DNA of 64,000 nt from an uncultured delta proteobacterium. GTDB taxonomy: Bacteria; Myxococcota_A; Polyangia; Haliangiales; Haliangiaceae. Both the position numbers and the translations under genes were made by a program. This document shows, piece by piece, positions 40,284 through 51,057 of this stretch; the stretch's first letter is position 1; every line of letters begins with the position of its first letter. The DNA lies in the NCBI GenBank assembly GCA_963848295.1, contig CAWKDB010000010.1, positions 480,001 to 544,000 on the forward strand, given 5' to 3'. The notes below the pieces were generated by a model, which worked only from the letters and a program-made list of their open reading frames with translations, did not search any database and was not told the DNA's origin.

Positions 40284-41054
40284 CTATGCGTTCCGGTGAT
40301 GGAGGATCTTGAGGCCCTTGAGCGTCAACAGATCATCGGTGGTCTCGATCGTCGCGGCCTCGGTCGCGATCAGCCCGGCGAGCCCGCCGGTCGCGATGCA
40401 CCGGCACTCGAAGTCGACCTCGGCGCGAATCCGCGTGACCAGCGCATCGACCATGCCGGCGTAACCGTAGACCAGGCCGGCTTGCATCGACGCGACCGTG
40501 TTGCGCGCGACGACCTTGCCCGGGCGCGCGAGCTCGACGCGCGGCAGCTTGGCGGCGTGCTCGTACAACGCCTCGGCGCTGACCTGGATCCCGGGCGCGA
40601 TCACCCCTCCGAGGTACTCGCCTTTCGGGTTGACGACGTCCCAGGTCGTCGCGGTGCCGAAATCGACGACGATGCAGCCGCTCTTGAGCTGCTCGAACGC
40701 GGCGACCGCGTTGACGATGCGATCGGCCCCGACCTCGCGCGGGTTCTCGTAGAGGATCGGCATCCCGGTCTTGATCCCGGGTCCGACCACGAGCGCGGCG
40801 GCACCGACGTAGTGCTTGAAGAACCGCTGCAACCCGAACACCGCCGGCGGCACCACCGACGAGATGATCCCGGCATCGAGCGTCTTCCACTCGAGGCCTT
40901 CCATATCGAGTAACGTCTTGAGCAACACGGCGTACTCGTCGGCGGTGCGCGCCGCGACGGTCTGGATCCGCCAGTGCGCTGCCAGCTCGTCGTCGCGGTA
41001 CACCCCGAGCACGATGTTCGTGTTGCCGACATCGACGGCGAGCAGCGCGGTCAT
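40284..41054 (-). CDS. coaX: Type III pantothenate kinase
   Basis: AVDVGNTN, SSVVP, GADR, VDFGTATT, ATGG. Confidence 0.95.
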   Translation of the reverse strand: MTALLAVDVGNTNIVLGVYRDDELAAHWRIQTVAARTADEYAVLLKTLLDMEGLEWKTLDAGIISSVVPPAVFGLQRFFKHYVGAAALVVGPGIKTGMPILYENPREVGADRIVNAVAAFEQLKSGCIVVDFGTATTWDVVNPKGEYLGGVIAPGIQVSAEALYEHAAKLPRVELARPGKVVARNTVASMQAGLVYGYAGMVDALVTRIRAEVDFECRCIATGGLAGLIATEAATIETTDDLLTLKGLKILHHRNA

Positions 41055-41104
41055 CCTCGTACATGGTAGCTCGCCGCGGCGTGCCGTAGTAGGCTCGCGA
41101 CCCT

Positions 41105-41896
41105 ATGGGGTTGAAGATATTATCTCGCGTCGTTCGCATCGTTCCATGGCTCGCGGTGTCCGGGCTCGCCGCGTGTGGTGCATCCGATGCGCCGCCCGGC
41201 CCACTCAGCCGGCACTTCGATGACATGTACATCGCGTCGATCGCGATGGACCAGCAAGCGGCGTCGCTGCAAGCGCAGCACGACTACTCGGTCGCGAAGG
41301 CCGAGAACGCGCACGCGCAGTCCGAGCTCGACGAGGCGACGACGAACCTGACGGTCGCGCGCAACAACGCCAAGGCGACGCGCATCGCGGTCGATACCGC
41401 GAACACGCAGAACAAGAGCGCGACCGCCTCGGGCGACATGAACCGCGAGAACCAGGCGCAGCGCGATCTCAAGACCGCCCAGGATCTGAGCAAGGCCGCG
41501 GACTCGCACGTCCACTACATCGAGGGCTATCGCGCCTACCTCGCGCGGGTCCAGCGCTTCGCGCTCGAGAACATGTACTGGCGCGAGGCGCAGTTCGAGC
41601 TCGCGAAGGCCCAGCTCGCCCAGAAGAACAACATCCAGCCCCACAACGTCCAGTACGACTGGTACCCGAAGCAGGCCGACGAGCGAAAGACCCGCACCGC
41701 GCACGCCAAGCAGCGCGCCGACGCCGAGAAGGCGCACGTCACCACGCTGCGCGACCAGTGGATCAAGATGCAGGCGGATGCCGATCGAGAGAACGGCCAC
41801 CCGAGCTCCGAGTACGATCCGCTCGCGACGAAGCCCGAGCCGGCGGCGCCGCCACCGACCGACACACCCGCGCCCGAGCCCGCCGCGCAGGAGTAA
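41105..41896 (+). CDS. Coiled-coil lipoprotein, hypothetical
   Basis: Lipobox LAAC, helical Ala/Gln-rich sequence, coupled to the next gene (TAATG). Confidence 0.75.
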   Translation: MGLKILSRVVRIVPWLAVSGLAACGASDAPPGPLSRHFDDMYIASIAMDQQAASLQAQHDYSVAKAENAHAQSELDEATTNLTVARNNAKATRIAVDTANTQNKSATASGDMNRENQAQRDLKTAQDLSKAADSHVHYIEGYRAYLARVQRFALENMYWREAQFELAKAQLAQKNNIQPHNVQYDWYPKQADERKTRTAHAKQRADAEKAHVTTLRDQWIKMQADADRENGHPSSEYDPLATKPEPAAPPPTDTPAPEPAAQE

Positions 41897-43434
41897 TGAC
41901 CGCCGCAGCTGAAGGCGCACGGATCCTCGTCGTCGACGACGAGCGCGTCATTCGCGAGATCCTCGCCGAGTTCCTCGCGCTCGAGGGATTCTCGGTCCAC
42001 ACCGTCGAGGACGGCGAGAAGGCGCTGACCGAGCTCCGGCTCCGACCCTACGACCTGCTGATCACCGATCTCAAGATGCCGCGGTTATCCGGGCTGCAGC
42101 TGCTCGAGATGATCGAGGCCGAGCGCCTGGGCGTCTTGACCGTGCTGATGACCGGGTTCGGCACGGTCGAGACCGCGATCGAGGCGATGAAGAAGGGCGC
42201 GTACGACTACCTCCTGAAGCCGTTCAAGGTCGAAGAGGTCATCCACGTCGTCGAGCGCGCGCTGTACCGCCAGCGGCTGCAAGCGGAGAACATCCGGCTG
42301 CGCGAGGCGCTGACGATCTACAAGGTGTCCGAGGCGATCGCGCTGTCGCCCGACATCGAGCACATCCTCGACGTCGTCTTGCGCGCCACGATCGACGAGG
42401 TCAAGGCCGACGTCGCGACGCTCCACCTGCTCGATCCGAAGTCCGGTCACTACGAAGAGCGGGTCAAGCTCGTCGCCGAGGACGGCGCCCCGAGCTCGCT
42501 GCCCTCGCCCGCGTTCGCGGTGTTGACCGAGCAGCTCGCGAGCGGCGTGCCGATCCTCGCGCACGGCGGCAAGGCCTCGCGGTTCTTCACCGAGTCGTCC
42601 GCACCCGCCGAGCTCTCGTCGTTCGCGTGCGTGCCGCTGCAAGTGCGCGGCGACATGGTCGGCATGCTGAACGTGTTCTCGTTCACCGCGGGCAAGAAGT
42701 TCGACGAAGGCCATCGCAAGATGCTCGCGGTGCTCGCGTCCCGCGCCGCGAGCGCGCTCGCGAACGCCCGGCTATACGACGACCTGCGCGCGACCAACGC
42801 GAGCCTCGTCACCGCGAATCAATCGCTCGAAGAGATGTTCCAGCAGACGGTCGCCGGCTTCGCGCAAGCGCTCGAGGAGAGCGATCAGTACACCCGCGGC
42901 CACAGCGAGCGGGTCGCGGTCTACTCCGAGATCCTCGCGCGCGGCCTGACGCTGCCCGACAACGAGATCCGCCGGATCGTGCAAGCGGGCGTGATGCACG
43001 ACGTCGGCAAGATCGGCGTGCGCTACGACATGCTCAACAAGCCCGGGAAGCTCTCGCCCGAAGAGGTCGCGGTGTTTCGCCAGCACCCCGAGAAGGGCAA
43101 GCGGATCCTCGAGCCGGTGCCATGTCTACACGGCCTGATCGACGGCTGCTGGTGCCATCACGAATGGTTCGACGGCGGTGGTTATCCGCGCGGGCTGTCC
43201 GGGCAAAACATTCCGATCGTCGGGCGGATCGTCGCGATCGCCGACGCCTACGACGCGATGACCTCCGACCGCGCCTATCGGCGTGCGCTATCTCACGAGG
43301 TCGCGATCGGCGAGATCGAGCGCTGCTCGGGCACGCAGTTCGACCCAGAGCTCGGCGACGCGTTCGTCAAGCTCGTCGAAGCGTGGCGCCGCGACATGCG
43401 CGAGCGCGGCCACCACTCGCTGATCCCGCGCTGA
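41896..43434 (+). CDS. Response regulator receiver-GAF-HD-GYP phosphodiesterase
   Basis: ILVVDDE, TDLKMP, GAF segment, GHSERV, HDVGK, HHEWFDGGGYP. Confidence 0.92.
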   Translation: MTAAAEGARILVVDDERVIREILAEFLALEGFSVHTVEDGEKALTELRLRPYDLLITDLKMPRLSGLQLLEMIEAERLGVLTVLMTGFGTVETAIEAMKKGAYDYLLKPFKVEEVIHVVERALYRQRLQAENIRLREALTIYKVSEAIALSPDIEHILDVVLRATIDEVKADVATLHLLDPKSGHYEERVKLVAEDGAPSSLPSPAFAVLTEQLASGVPILAHGGKASRFFTESSAPAELSSFACVPLQVRGDMVGMLNVFSFTAGKKFDEGHRKMLAVLASRAASALANARLYDDLRATNASLVTANQSLEEMFQQTVAGFAQALEESDQYTRGHSERVAVYSEILARGLTLPDNEIRRIVQAGVMHDVGKIGVRYDMLNKPGKLSPEEVAVFRQHPEKGKRILEPVPCLHGLIDGCWCHHEWFDGGGYPRGLSGQNIPIVGRIVAIADAYDAMTSDRAYRRALSHEVAIGEIERCSGTQFDPELGDAFVKLVEAWRRDMRERGHHSLIPR

Positions 43435-43517
43435 CCACGCGCGTGTCCCAATGTGGGCCGGCTGCCCATTGCGGTTGACCGCCGCGGGCGAATGCGTGCA
43501 CGATCCGCGGTGGAGGC

Positions 43518-44981
43518 ATGGGGATGAAGTACGTGTGGCTCGTGGCACTCGCGCTGGCAGCGAGCTGCTCGAAGTCGAACTCGGAGGCGTGTTGCACCTC
43601 CGAAGCCGACTGCACCGCGGTTGGCCTGCCGATGGGGTCGACCTGCCCGTCGGGTCAGGCGTGCAGCCAGCACGCGTGCATCACCGAAGAGTGCACGAGC
43701 GACGGCGACTGCAACGATCCCACGCCGGTGTGCGCCTCGGGCCTGTGCGTCGCGTGCGACTCGACGCACGGCTGCGCGGCGTCCGCGCCGGTGTGCGCGA
43801 TCGACATGTCTGCGTGCAGCGCGTGCGGCGACAGCACCGAGTGCGCGAGCTTTCCCGACGCGCCGGTGTGCGACACGATGTCCGGCGGCTGCGTGCAATG
43901 CGTCTCCACCGCCGACTGCGCGAGCGCGACGCCGGTGTGCGATCGCGGCGCATGCCGCGCGTGTAACGCGGACAGCGATTGCGCGAGCGGAGCATGCGCG
44001 GTCGACGGGACCTGTGTGGATCCGACGTCGATCATCTATGTCGCACCGGCCGGCGTCGATGCCGGCGCGTGCTCACAGGCATCGCCGTGCGCGACGATCG
44101 CGTTCGCGGTGGGGCAGACGACGTTCGATCGCAACCAGATCGTGCTCGCATCGGGGACGTACGCCACGACCGCTACGCTGTTCTCGCCGGCAGCGGGTGC
44201 GCTGTTCCTGCACGGAGGCGGCGCGACGCTGACGCCGGACGATCCGACCCAGCCGATCCTCACGATGGCGACGTCCGCGACGACGATCTCGAACCTCACG
44301 ATCACGGCGCCGACCTCGAGCGCGTTCACGATCGTCACCACCGGCGGCGGGATCGCGACGATGCAAGCGATCACGCTCCACGATGCGCCGCCCCTGGGCA
44401 TCGGCGGTCCGGTCACCGCTCACGACCTCACCATCCTCGATTCGACCGCCGCTGCGATCCATATGGACTTCGGCGGCGTGCTGACCTTGGACCGCGCGAC
44501 GATCGTCGGTGGCACGACCGGGATCGAAGGCGTCGCGACGTCACAAGGCGAATCCGAGATCCATCTCACGAACGTGATGGTGGCGGCGACGACCGGTCCC
44601 GGCCTCGACCTCTCCAAGACCAAAGGTGATGTCGCGTTCGTCACCGTCGCGTACGCCGGCACCGCGTCGCCGACCGGAGCGCAGCTCGCGTGCGGCGGCA
44701 TCGTGGCGATCAGCTCGTCGATCTTCTGGGCCTCCGACGCAACGCACCTGGCGACAACGGGTACTTGCATGCTGAGCTCGACGATCGCCGGCCCGCAGGC
44801 GGCCTTCGGTGCGATGAACACCGACCCGATGTTCGTCAACCCGATCGCCAGCGACTTCCATCTCAAACCGACCAGCCCCGCGGTCGACGCGGTGAGCTCG
44901 GGCCCGCCGGACGACTTCGAAGGTGATGCGAGGCCGCAAGGCGCCGGTTACGATATCGGGGCGGACGAGGTGACACCGTGA
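43518..44981 (+). CDS. Cys-rich repeat / beta-helix / choice-of-anchor-Q-like lipoprotein A1
   Basis: LAASC lipobox, CxxDxDC repeats, C-terminal DFHL..SPAVD..DFEGDARPQGAGYDIGADE. Confidence 0.85.
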   Translation: MGMKYVWLVALALAASCSKSNSEACCTSEADCTAVGLPMGSTCPSGQACSQHACITEECTSDGDCNDPTPVCASGLCVACDSTHGCAASAPVCAIDMSACSACGDSTECASFPDAPVCDTMSGGCVQCVSTADCASATPVCDRGACRACNADSDCASGACAVDGTCVDPTSIIYVAPAGVDAGACSQASPCATIAFAVGQTTFDRNQIVLASGTYATTATLFSPAAGALFLHGGGATLTPDDPTQPILTMATSATTISNLTITAPTSSAFTIVTTGGGIATMQAITLHDAPPLGIGGPVTAHDLTILDSTAAAIHMDFGGVLTLDRATIVGGTTGIEGVATSQGESEIHLTNVMVAATTGPGLDLSKTKGDVAFVTVAYAGTASPTGAQLACGGIVAISSSIFWASDATHLATTGTCMLSSTIAGPQAAFGAMNTDPMFVNPIASDFHLKPTSPAVDAVSSGPPDDFEGDARPQGAGYDIGADEVTP

Positions 44982-46396
44982 ACAAGCGAGTCCTCCTGTT
45001 GCTCGCGATCGCCGCCTGCTCGCACGCGAGCCAGGCGACTTCACAATCGTGCGAGACCTCTGCCGATTGCACCGATCCGGCGATGGCCTACTGCGTCGGA
45101 TTCGTCTGCCAGGCGTGCGATGGGATGAACGGCTGCACCACCGACGAGCCGCGCTGCTCGCCCGACACGCTGACGTGCGTCGCGTGCGTCGGTGATCACG
45201 ACTGCGATAACTACACCGATGCCCCGCACTGCGCGCCGACCGGTGGCTGCGTCGGTTGTATCGACTCGACGCAATGCGCGAGCACGACGCCGACCTGCGA
45301 TCAGACGACGTCGACGTGCCGAGCCTGCGCCGCAGACGCGGATTGCGCCTCCCGCGTGTGCGAATCGCCGACCTGCGCGGACGCCACGACCATCCTCTAT
45401 GCCACCCCCAACGGCAATCCTGCGGCGACGTGCGAGCAGAACGATCCGTGCTCGCTGACGGACGCCATCTCCAAGGTCGACCTCACCCACGTCGTCATCA
45501 AGCTCCTCCCCGGCGAATATCTAGACAACCCGACGATCGCGACGCACGTCACCGTGCTGATCGACGGCTCGGAGGCCACGTACAGCGGCTTGATCACGGT
45601 CTCCGGCGACCTCTCGGGCGCGGCGAATGTCACGCTCGCCGGCATGATGTTCGGCGCCTCCGGCGGCGGGCAGTGCTCGGCCGGCGCCGATGGGGCGCCG
45701 ATGCCGACGCTCTCCATCATCGACAGCACCTTTCTCGGCGGCAACGGTGGTGACAGCTTGGAGACCTTCAAGGCCTGCAACCTCAACATCGCCCGGACCG
45801 TGTTCATGGGCCCGAGCGTTGCGATCCTCGCGCAGGGCGAGCTCGGAGCCATGCCGAGCCTCAACCGCGGCGCCGTGCTGACCATCGATCGATCGCTGTT
45901 CGTCGGTGGACTGGACGGGGAGCCGCAGATCGGACTCTACAACGGCAGCTACATGACGATGACAAACAGCGTCGTGACGCGGACGGCGGGCCAGACCGGT
46001 CCGCCGATCGATTTCCGCAACACCACCGGCTTCGTCAACCACATCAGCTTCTCGACGTTCTATGGCCCACCGATGGCCTGCGGCAGCACCTCGCTGTTCG
46101 ACTTCTCGGACACGATCTGGGTGAGCTCGACCTCCGCCGACGCTTCGAACGGCACTGGGTGCGCCTGGTCGTACAGCCTGTTATTTCCGCAGAAGGCCAC
46201 GGTCTCGGGGTCGCAGAACAAACTCAACGTCGACCCCGTGTTCGCGAACCTCGCGAACAACGACTTCCATCTGCTGTCCGATAGCCCGGCGATCGACGCC
46301 GCCGACCCGCAGGCGACCGACGATCACGACTACGACGGCACGCCTCGGCCACAAAATGGTCGTTCGGACATCGGAGCCTTCGAGTACAAGCCGTAA
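44978..46396 (+). CDS. Cys-rich repeat / beta-helix / choice-of-anchor-Q-like lipoprotein B1
   Basis: IAAC lipobox, same architecture, ends DYDGTPRPQNGRSDIGAFEYKP. Confidence 0.85.
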   Translation: MNKRVLLLLAIAACSHASQATSQSCETSADCTDPAMAYCVGFVCQACDGMNGCTTDEPRCSPDTLTCVACVGDHDCDNYTDAPHCAPTGGCVGCIDSTQCASTTPTCDQTTSTCRACAADADCASRVCESPTCADATTILYATPNGNPAATCEQNDPCSLTDAISKVDLTHVVIKLLPGEYLDNPTIATHVTVLIDGSEATYSGLITVSGDLSGAANVTLAGMMFGASGGGQCSAGADGAPMPTLSIIDSTFLGGNGGDSLETFKACNLNIARTVFMGPSVAILAQGELGAMPSLNRGAVLTIDRSLFVGGLDGEPQIGLYNGSYMTMTNSVVTRTAGQTGPPIDFRNTTGFVNHISFSTFYGPPMACGSTSLFDFSDTIWVSSTSADASNGTGCAWSYSLLFPQKATVSGSQNKLNVDPVFANLANNDFHLLSDSPAIDAADPQATDDHDYDGTPRPQNGRSDIGAFEYKP

Positions 46397-46502
46397 ACTA
46401 CGCGTCGTGATATGCGAGCTTCGACCGCTGTCCCAATGTGGGCCGGCTGCCCATTGCGGTTGACCGCCGCGGGCGAATGCGTGCACGATCCGCGGTGGAG
46501 GC

Positions 46503-47963
46503 ATGGGGATGAAGCACGTGTGGCTCGTGGCACTCGCGCTGGCAGCGAGCTGCTCGAAGTCGAACTCGGAGGCGTGTTGCACCTCCGAAGCCGACTGCAC
46601 CGCGGTCGGCCTGCCGAGCGGATCGACGTGCCCGTCGGGTCAGGCGTGCAGCCAGCACGCGTGCATCACCGAAGAGTGCACGAGCGACGGCGACTGCAAC
46701 GATCCCACGCCGGTATGCGCCTCGGGCCTGTGCGTCGCGTGCGACTCGACGCACGGCTGCGCGGCGTCCGCGCCGGTGTGCGCGATCGACATGACGACGT
46801 GCAGCGGATGCGGCGACAGCGGCGAGTGCGCGAGCTTTCCCGAGGCGCCGGTGTGCGACACGATGTCCGGCGCGTGCGTGCAATGCGTCACCGCCGCCGA
46901 TTGCGCGAGCACGACGCCGGTGTGCGATCACGGGTCCTGCCGAACCTGCAACGCGGATGCGGATTGCGCGAGCGGCGCGTGCACGGTCGACGGGACGTGC
47001 GTGGACCCGATCGGGGTCATCTACGTCTCGACCGCTGGTACGGACGCCGGCACCTGCCCGATGATGTCGCCGTGCGCGACGCTGCATTACGCGGTCACGC
47101 AGGTAGAGTCGGGCAGACTCGACATCGTGCTCGCGCCCGGCTCGTACACCGACAACGTCACGATCTTCGGCGGCCCGCTAACCATCGGGCTGCACGGCGG
47201 TGGCGCGACGCTGTCGCCGACGAGCACCTCCAGTCCCGCCATCACCACCGGCGAAACGCCGGTGCTGATCAGCGACCTTATGGTGACCGGCCAGGTCGGT
47301 ACGAGCGGCAGCGTGATCTCGACCGGGACCGCGCTAGTGACGCTGCGCTCGCTTTCCCTCGACAACGCATCGCCGCTGGCCGTCAACGGGCCGGCCACCG
47401 CGACGGATCTAAGAGTGACGGACGCGATCAGCTTCGGGGTGGCTGTCGGCGGCGTCGGCAACCTGAGCGTCGATCGCGCAACGATCACCGGCGGCGTGAT
47501 CGGAGTCGTGTGTGGTACCTCGCCCACGGCACACGTCGAGCTGACGAACGTGGTGATCGTCGGCGCCGCGGATGTAGGCCTGGGCGTCCAGGGGTGCAGC
47601 GGCTCCGTAGAGTTCTCGACGATCGCCGACAACGGCCCACAGACCCCGGCGCAAACCCAGGTCTCTTGCGGCGCGGGGCCCTTCGCGATCACCTCGACGA
47701 TCATCGCAGCCGGCTCGACGGCGACCGCGATGGTAGCCGGGACTTGCACATTCACGACGACGATCGCGAGCGGGCAGTCGATCCCGAACACGATGAACGT
47801 CGATCCGGTGTTCGTCGATCGCGCCCACGGCGATTACCACATCACCGCCGCGAGCCCGGCGAAGGATGCGGTGCCGACTGGGCCGCCCGATGACTTCGAA
47901 GGCGATGCACGACCGCAAGGCGCCGCGTTCGACATCGGCGCAGATGAGCTGAAGCAACCATGA
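46503..47963 (+). CDS. Cys-rich/beta-helix lipoprotein A2 (paralogue of A1)
   Basis: N-terminus near-identical to A1, divergent middle, conserved tail. Confidence 0.85.
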   Translation: MGMKHVWLVALALAASCSKSNSEACCTSEADCTAVGLPSGSTCPSGQACSQHACITEECTSDGDCNDPTPVCASGLCVACDSTHGCAASAPVCAIDMTTCSGCGDSGECASFPEAPVCDTMSGACVQCVTAADCASTTPVCDHGSCRTCNADADCASGACTVDGTCVDPIGVIYVSTAGTDAGTCPMMSPCATLHYAVTQVESGRLDIVLAPGSYTDNVTIFGGPLTIGLHGGGATLSPTSTSSPAITTGETPVLISDLMVTGQVGTSGSVISTGTALVTLRSLSLDNASPLAVNGPATATDLRVTDAISFGVAVGGVGNLSVDRATITGGVIGVVCGTSPTAHVELTNVVIVGAADVGLGVQGCSGSVEFSTIADNGPQTPAQTQVSCGAGPFAITSTIIAAGSTATAMVAGTCTFTTTIASGQSIPNTMNVDPVFVDRAHGDYHITAASPAKDAVPTGPPDDFEGDARPQGAAFDIGADELKQP

Positions 47964-49384
47964 AGCGAGTCTTGCTGATCGTTGTCTTCTACGGCTGCTC
48001 GCATCCAGGTCACGCGACCTCGCAGACGTGCGAGAGCGCGTCCGACTGTACAGATCCGGCTCTGCCGTACTGCGTCGCAAACGCGTGCCAGGCCTGCGAT
48101 GCGACCAACGGCTGCCAGATCGACGAGCCGCGCTGCTCGCCCGATACGCTGACCTGTGTCGCGTGCGTTGGCGATCACGATTGTGACGACTACACCGATG
48201 CTCCGCACTGCGCCCCGACCGGCGGTTGCGTCGGCTGCATCGATGCGACGCAATGCGCGAACCCGACGCCGACGTGCGATCAGACATTGTCGAGCTGCCG
48301 GGCGTGCGCGATCGATGCGGACTGCGCCTCGCGCGTGTGCGGCGCTCCGAGCTGCACCGACGCGTCGACCGTGCTGTACGTCGTGCCGGGCGGCAACGCG
48401 TCGGCGACCTGCGAACAGAGCGATCCCTGCTCGTTCGCGCAGGCGATCACTAAGATCGACGTTACCCACCCGGTGATCAAGCTCGGCGCCGGCGCTTACA
48501 CCGACGTCGTCACGATCGCGTCGGAAGTAAGCGTGTTGATCGATGGCTCCGAAGCGACGATGAATGGATCGATCGAGGTGTCGGGCACGGCGAACGGAGC
48601 CGCCGACGTCACGATCGAGGGACTGATGTTCGGCGCGAGTGGCGGCATCGATTGCTCTGCCGACGCCGTCGGCGACCCGATACCCGGGCTCACCGTCGCC
48701 GATAGCACGTTCATGGGAGACGCTCAGGCGGACGGCAGCGTCACGAGCTTCAAGAGGTGCACGCTCACCATCTTGCGCAGCGCGTTTCACAGCCCGGGGC
48801 CGGCGATCTACATGCAGGGCGAAGGAGCTCTCAAGGGATCCCAACTCACGATCGATCGGTCCTTGTTCGATGGCGGCGATGCGACCGACCCACAGATCGG
48901 TGTCTACAACGGCGACTACCTGATCATGACCAACAGCATCATGGTCAAGACCGCGGTCACCGGCAGCGAGCTCCCGAGCATCCTGTTCAACATGGTCCAA
49001 CCCATAGCCGACAGCAGCGTGACGTTCTCGACGCTCTACGGTCCAGAATGGAACTGCAGCACCTCCGGGGGGCTCATCGACGTCGACGACACGATCTACG
49101 TCAATCCGCTCTCCGGCGCCGTGAACTCGACCACCGGTTCGGATTGCCAATGGCACTACTCGCTGCTCTTCCCGCAGACGGTCGAAATCTCCGGATCCGA
49201 GAACATCATGCCGCCGGTCAACCCTCTGTTCGTCGGCCCCTCGACCCACGACTTCCACCTGATGGCCGGGAGCCCGGCGATCGACCAGGCCGACCCGCAG
49301 GCGACCGATACCGACGACTACGACGGCACGCCGCGGCCACAAAATGGTCGTTCGGACATCGGAGCCTTCGAGTACAAGCCGTAA
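47960..49384 (+). CDS. Cys-rich/beta-helix lipoprotein B2 (paralogue of B1)
   Basis: Same architecture and tail as B1. Confidence 0.85.
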   Translation: MKRVLLIVVFYGCSHPGHATSQTCESASDCTDPALPYCVANACQACDATNGCQIDEPRCSPDTLTCVACVGDHDCDDYTDAPHCAPTGGCVGCIDATQCANPTPTCDQTLSSCRACAIDADCASRVCGAPSCTDASTVLYVVPGGNASATCEQSDPCSFAQAITKIDVTHPVIKLGAGAYTDVVTIASEVSVLIDGSEATMNGSIEVSGTANGAADVTIEGLMFGASGGIDCSADAVGDPIPGLTVADSTFMGDAQADGSVTSFKRCTLTILRSAFHSPGPAIYMQGEGALKGSQLTIDRSLFDGGDATDPQIGVYNGDYLIMTNSIMVKTAVTGSELPSILFNMVQPIADSSVTFSTLYGPEWNCSTSGGLIDVDDTIYVNPLSGAVNSTTGSDCQWHYSLLFPQTVEISGSENIMPPVNPLFVGPSTHDFHLMAGSPAIDQADPQATDTDDYDGTPRPQNGRSDIGAFEYKP

Positions 49385-49397
49385 ACTACGCGTCGCG

Positions 49398-51056
49398 ATG
49401 CCTGACGCCTCTATAATCTCCGCGCCCGTGCTGGGGATTTCGGGGAAATACGTGCTCGACGCTCGCCTGGGCGGCGGCGGCATGGCCGAGGTGTTCGCCG
49501 GCTCGACGGTCGGCGCCGAAGGCTTTCACCGCAAGGTCGCGATCAAGCGCGTGCTGCCCGGGTTCTCGGACAACCCGGCGTTCGCGCAGATGTTCGTCGC
49601 CGAGGCGCAGATCACGTCGCGCATGGTGCATCCGAACATCGTGTCGGTGCTCGACTTCGATCGCGACGGCGAGAACCGGCTGTTCCTCGTCATGGAGATG
49701 GTCGACGGCCGCGACCTCGACGCGCTGATGTCCGCCGGCGTGCTGCTGCCCGTCCCGCTCGTCATCTACATCATCAGCGAGGTCCTGCGCGGCCTGGGCT
49801 ACGCGCACGACCTCCCGGTCGGTACCGACGTGCGCGGCGTGATCCATCGCGACGTGTCGCCGCACAACGTGCTGATGTCGTGGGAAGGCGCGGTCAAGGT
49901 CAGCGACTTCGGGATCGCGAAGGCGCGCGCGGCGAGCGAGGCGACCGCGTCGGTGTTCATCAAGGGCAAGCCGGCGTACATGAGCCCCGAGCAGGCCAAC
50001 GGCCAGCCGCTCGACGGCCGCAGCGACCTGTTCGCGGTCGGCATCATGCTGTGGGAGATGCTGATCGGCCGCCGGTTGTTCGTCGGCGAGGACACGCGCG
50101 CGACCCTCGCCTCCGTGCTGTTCGGCCAGGTCCCGCGCCCGCGATCGCTGCGCGGCGAAGTGCCGAAAGATCTCGAGCGCGTCACGATGAAGCTGCTCGA
50201 GCGCGACTTGCCGGCGCGCTACGCCACCGCCGAGCTCGCGGTGGCCGACCTGCTCGACTGCGAGGACGCCCCGAAGAACGGGCGCGAGCTGCTCACCCAG
50301 ATGCTGACCGAGCGGTTCCCCGACCTCGCGCCGGTGCGACAAAGCGTCTTGCGCGCGCGAGAGCGCAGCGGGCCAAAGTTCGCCACGCCGCCCGCGCCAT
50401 CGGAGGCGGGCACGGTGCGCGAGAATCCCAGCCGTGGCGTGCCCAAGCCGCCGGTGCAAAGCCTCGGCGCGGCGCGGGCTGCGCCGACCGGCACGCTCGG
50501 ACCGAGCATGTCCGCGCTGGTCGAGGTCGCGGTGCCCAAGCGCAACGTCGGTCGCGTGCTCGTCGTCGGGGTCGTGGCGATCGGGCTCGGTGCCGCGACC
50601 TTCGCGCTCGTGTCATCGGCGACCAAACGGGGCGATCAGGTCGCGATCGGATCGGCCGCGGGATCAGCGGTCCCGCATTCGGTAGCGCAGCCCACGCCTG
50701 TAGACGCCGGCATGCCTCCGCCCGACGCTCCCGCCCCACCGCCACCCCCGCCGCCAAGACCGATCGACGCGGGTGTGGCAGACGCCGCTGCGCTCCACCC
50801 TCAAAAAGATGCATCCTCTGCGCAACCGGCGCACCCTGCGGTCGAAAAGAGGACGGGCCGGCTCAAGGTCGACGCGTTCCCGGTGCTCACCGTCTACGTC
50901 GATGCTCGCAAGGTCGGCGACACCCCGTTCCCTCCCATCACGCTGCCCGTCGGCAGACACGCGCTGCGCCTCGTCAACAACGAAAACGGCATCGACGAAC
51001 ACCTCGCGATCACGATCACCGACGGCAAAGAGACCCTCATCAACCGAGTCCATTGA
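49398..51056 (+). CDS. Hanks-type Ser/Thr protein kinase with TM helix and C-terminal PEGA-like domain
   Basis: LGGGGMAEV, VAIK, HRDVSPHN, DFG, YMSPEQ, TM helix, then VYVDARKVGDTP..LPVGRH. Confidence 0.93.
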   Translation: MPDASIISAPVLGISGKYVLDARLGGGGMAEVFAGSTVGAEGFHRKVAIKRVLPGFSDNPAFAQMFVAEAQITSRMVHPNIVSVLDFDRDGENRLFLVMEMVDGRDLDALMSAGVLLPVPLVIYIISEVLRGLGYAHDLPVGTDVRGVIHRDVSPHNVLMSWEGAVKVSDFGIAKARAASEATASVFIKGKPAYMSPEQANGQPLDGRSDLFAVGIMLWEMLIGRRLFVGEDTRATLASVLFGQVPRPRSLRGEVPKDLERVTMKLLERDLPARYATAELAVADLLDCEDAPKNGRELLTQMLTERFPDLAPVRQSVLRARERSGPKFATPPAPSEAGTVRENPSRGVPKPPVQSLGAARAAPTGTLGPSMSALVEVAVPKRNVGRVLVVGVVAIGLGAATFALVSSATKRGDQVAIGSAAGSAVPHSVAQPTPVDAGMPPPDAPAPPPPPPPRPIDAGVADAAALHPQKDASSAQPAHPAVEKRTGRLKVDAFPVLTVYVDARKVGDTPFPPITLPVGRHALRLVNNENGIDEHLAITITDGKETLINRVH

Positions 51057-51057
51057 T

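Larger units (their letters stand above)
43444..49395 (+). repeat. Tandem duplication of a ~2.98 kb two-gene unit (43444-46407 and 46429-49395)
   Basis: Upstream regions and first ~300 nt of gene A are near-identical. Last ~70 nt of gene B are identical. Confidence 0.9.
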
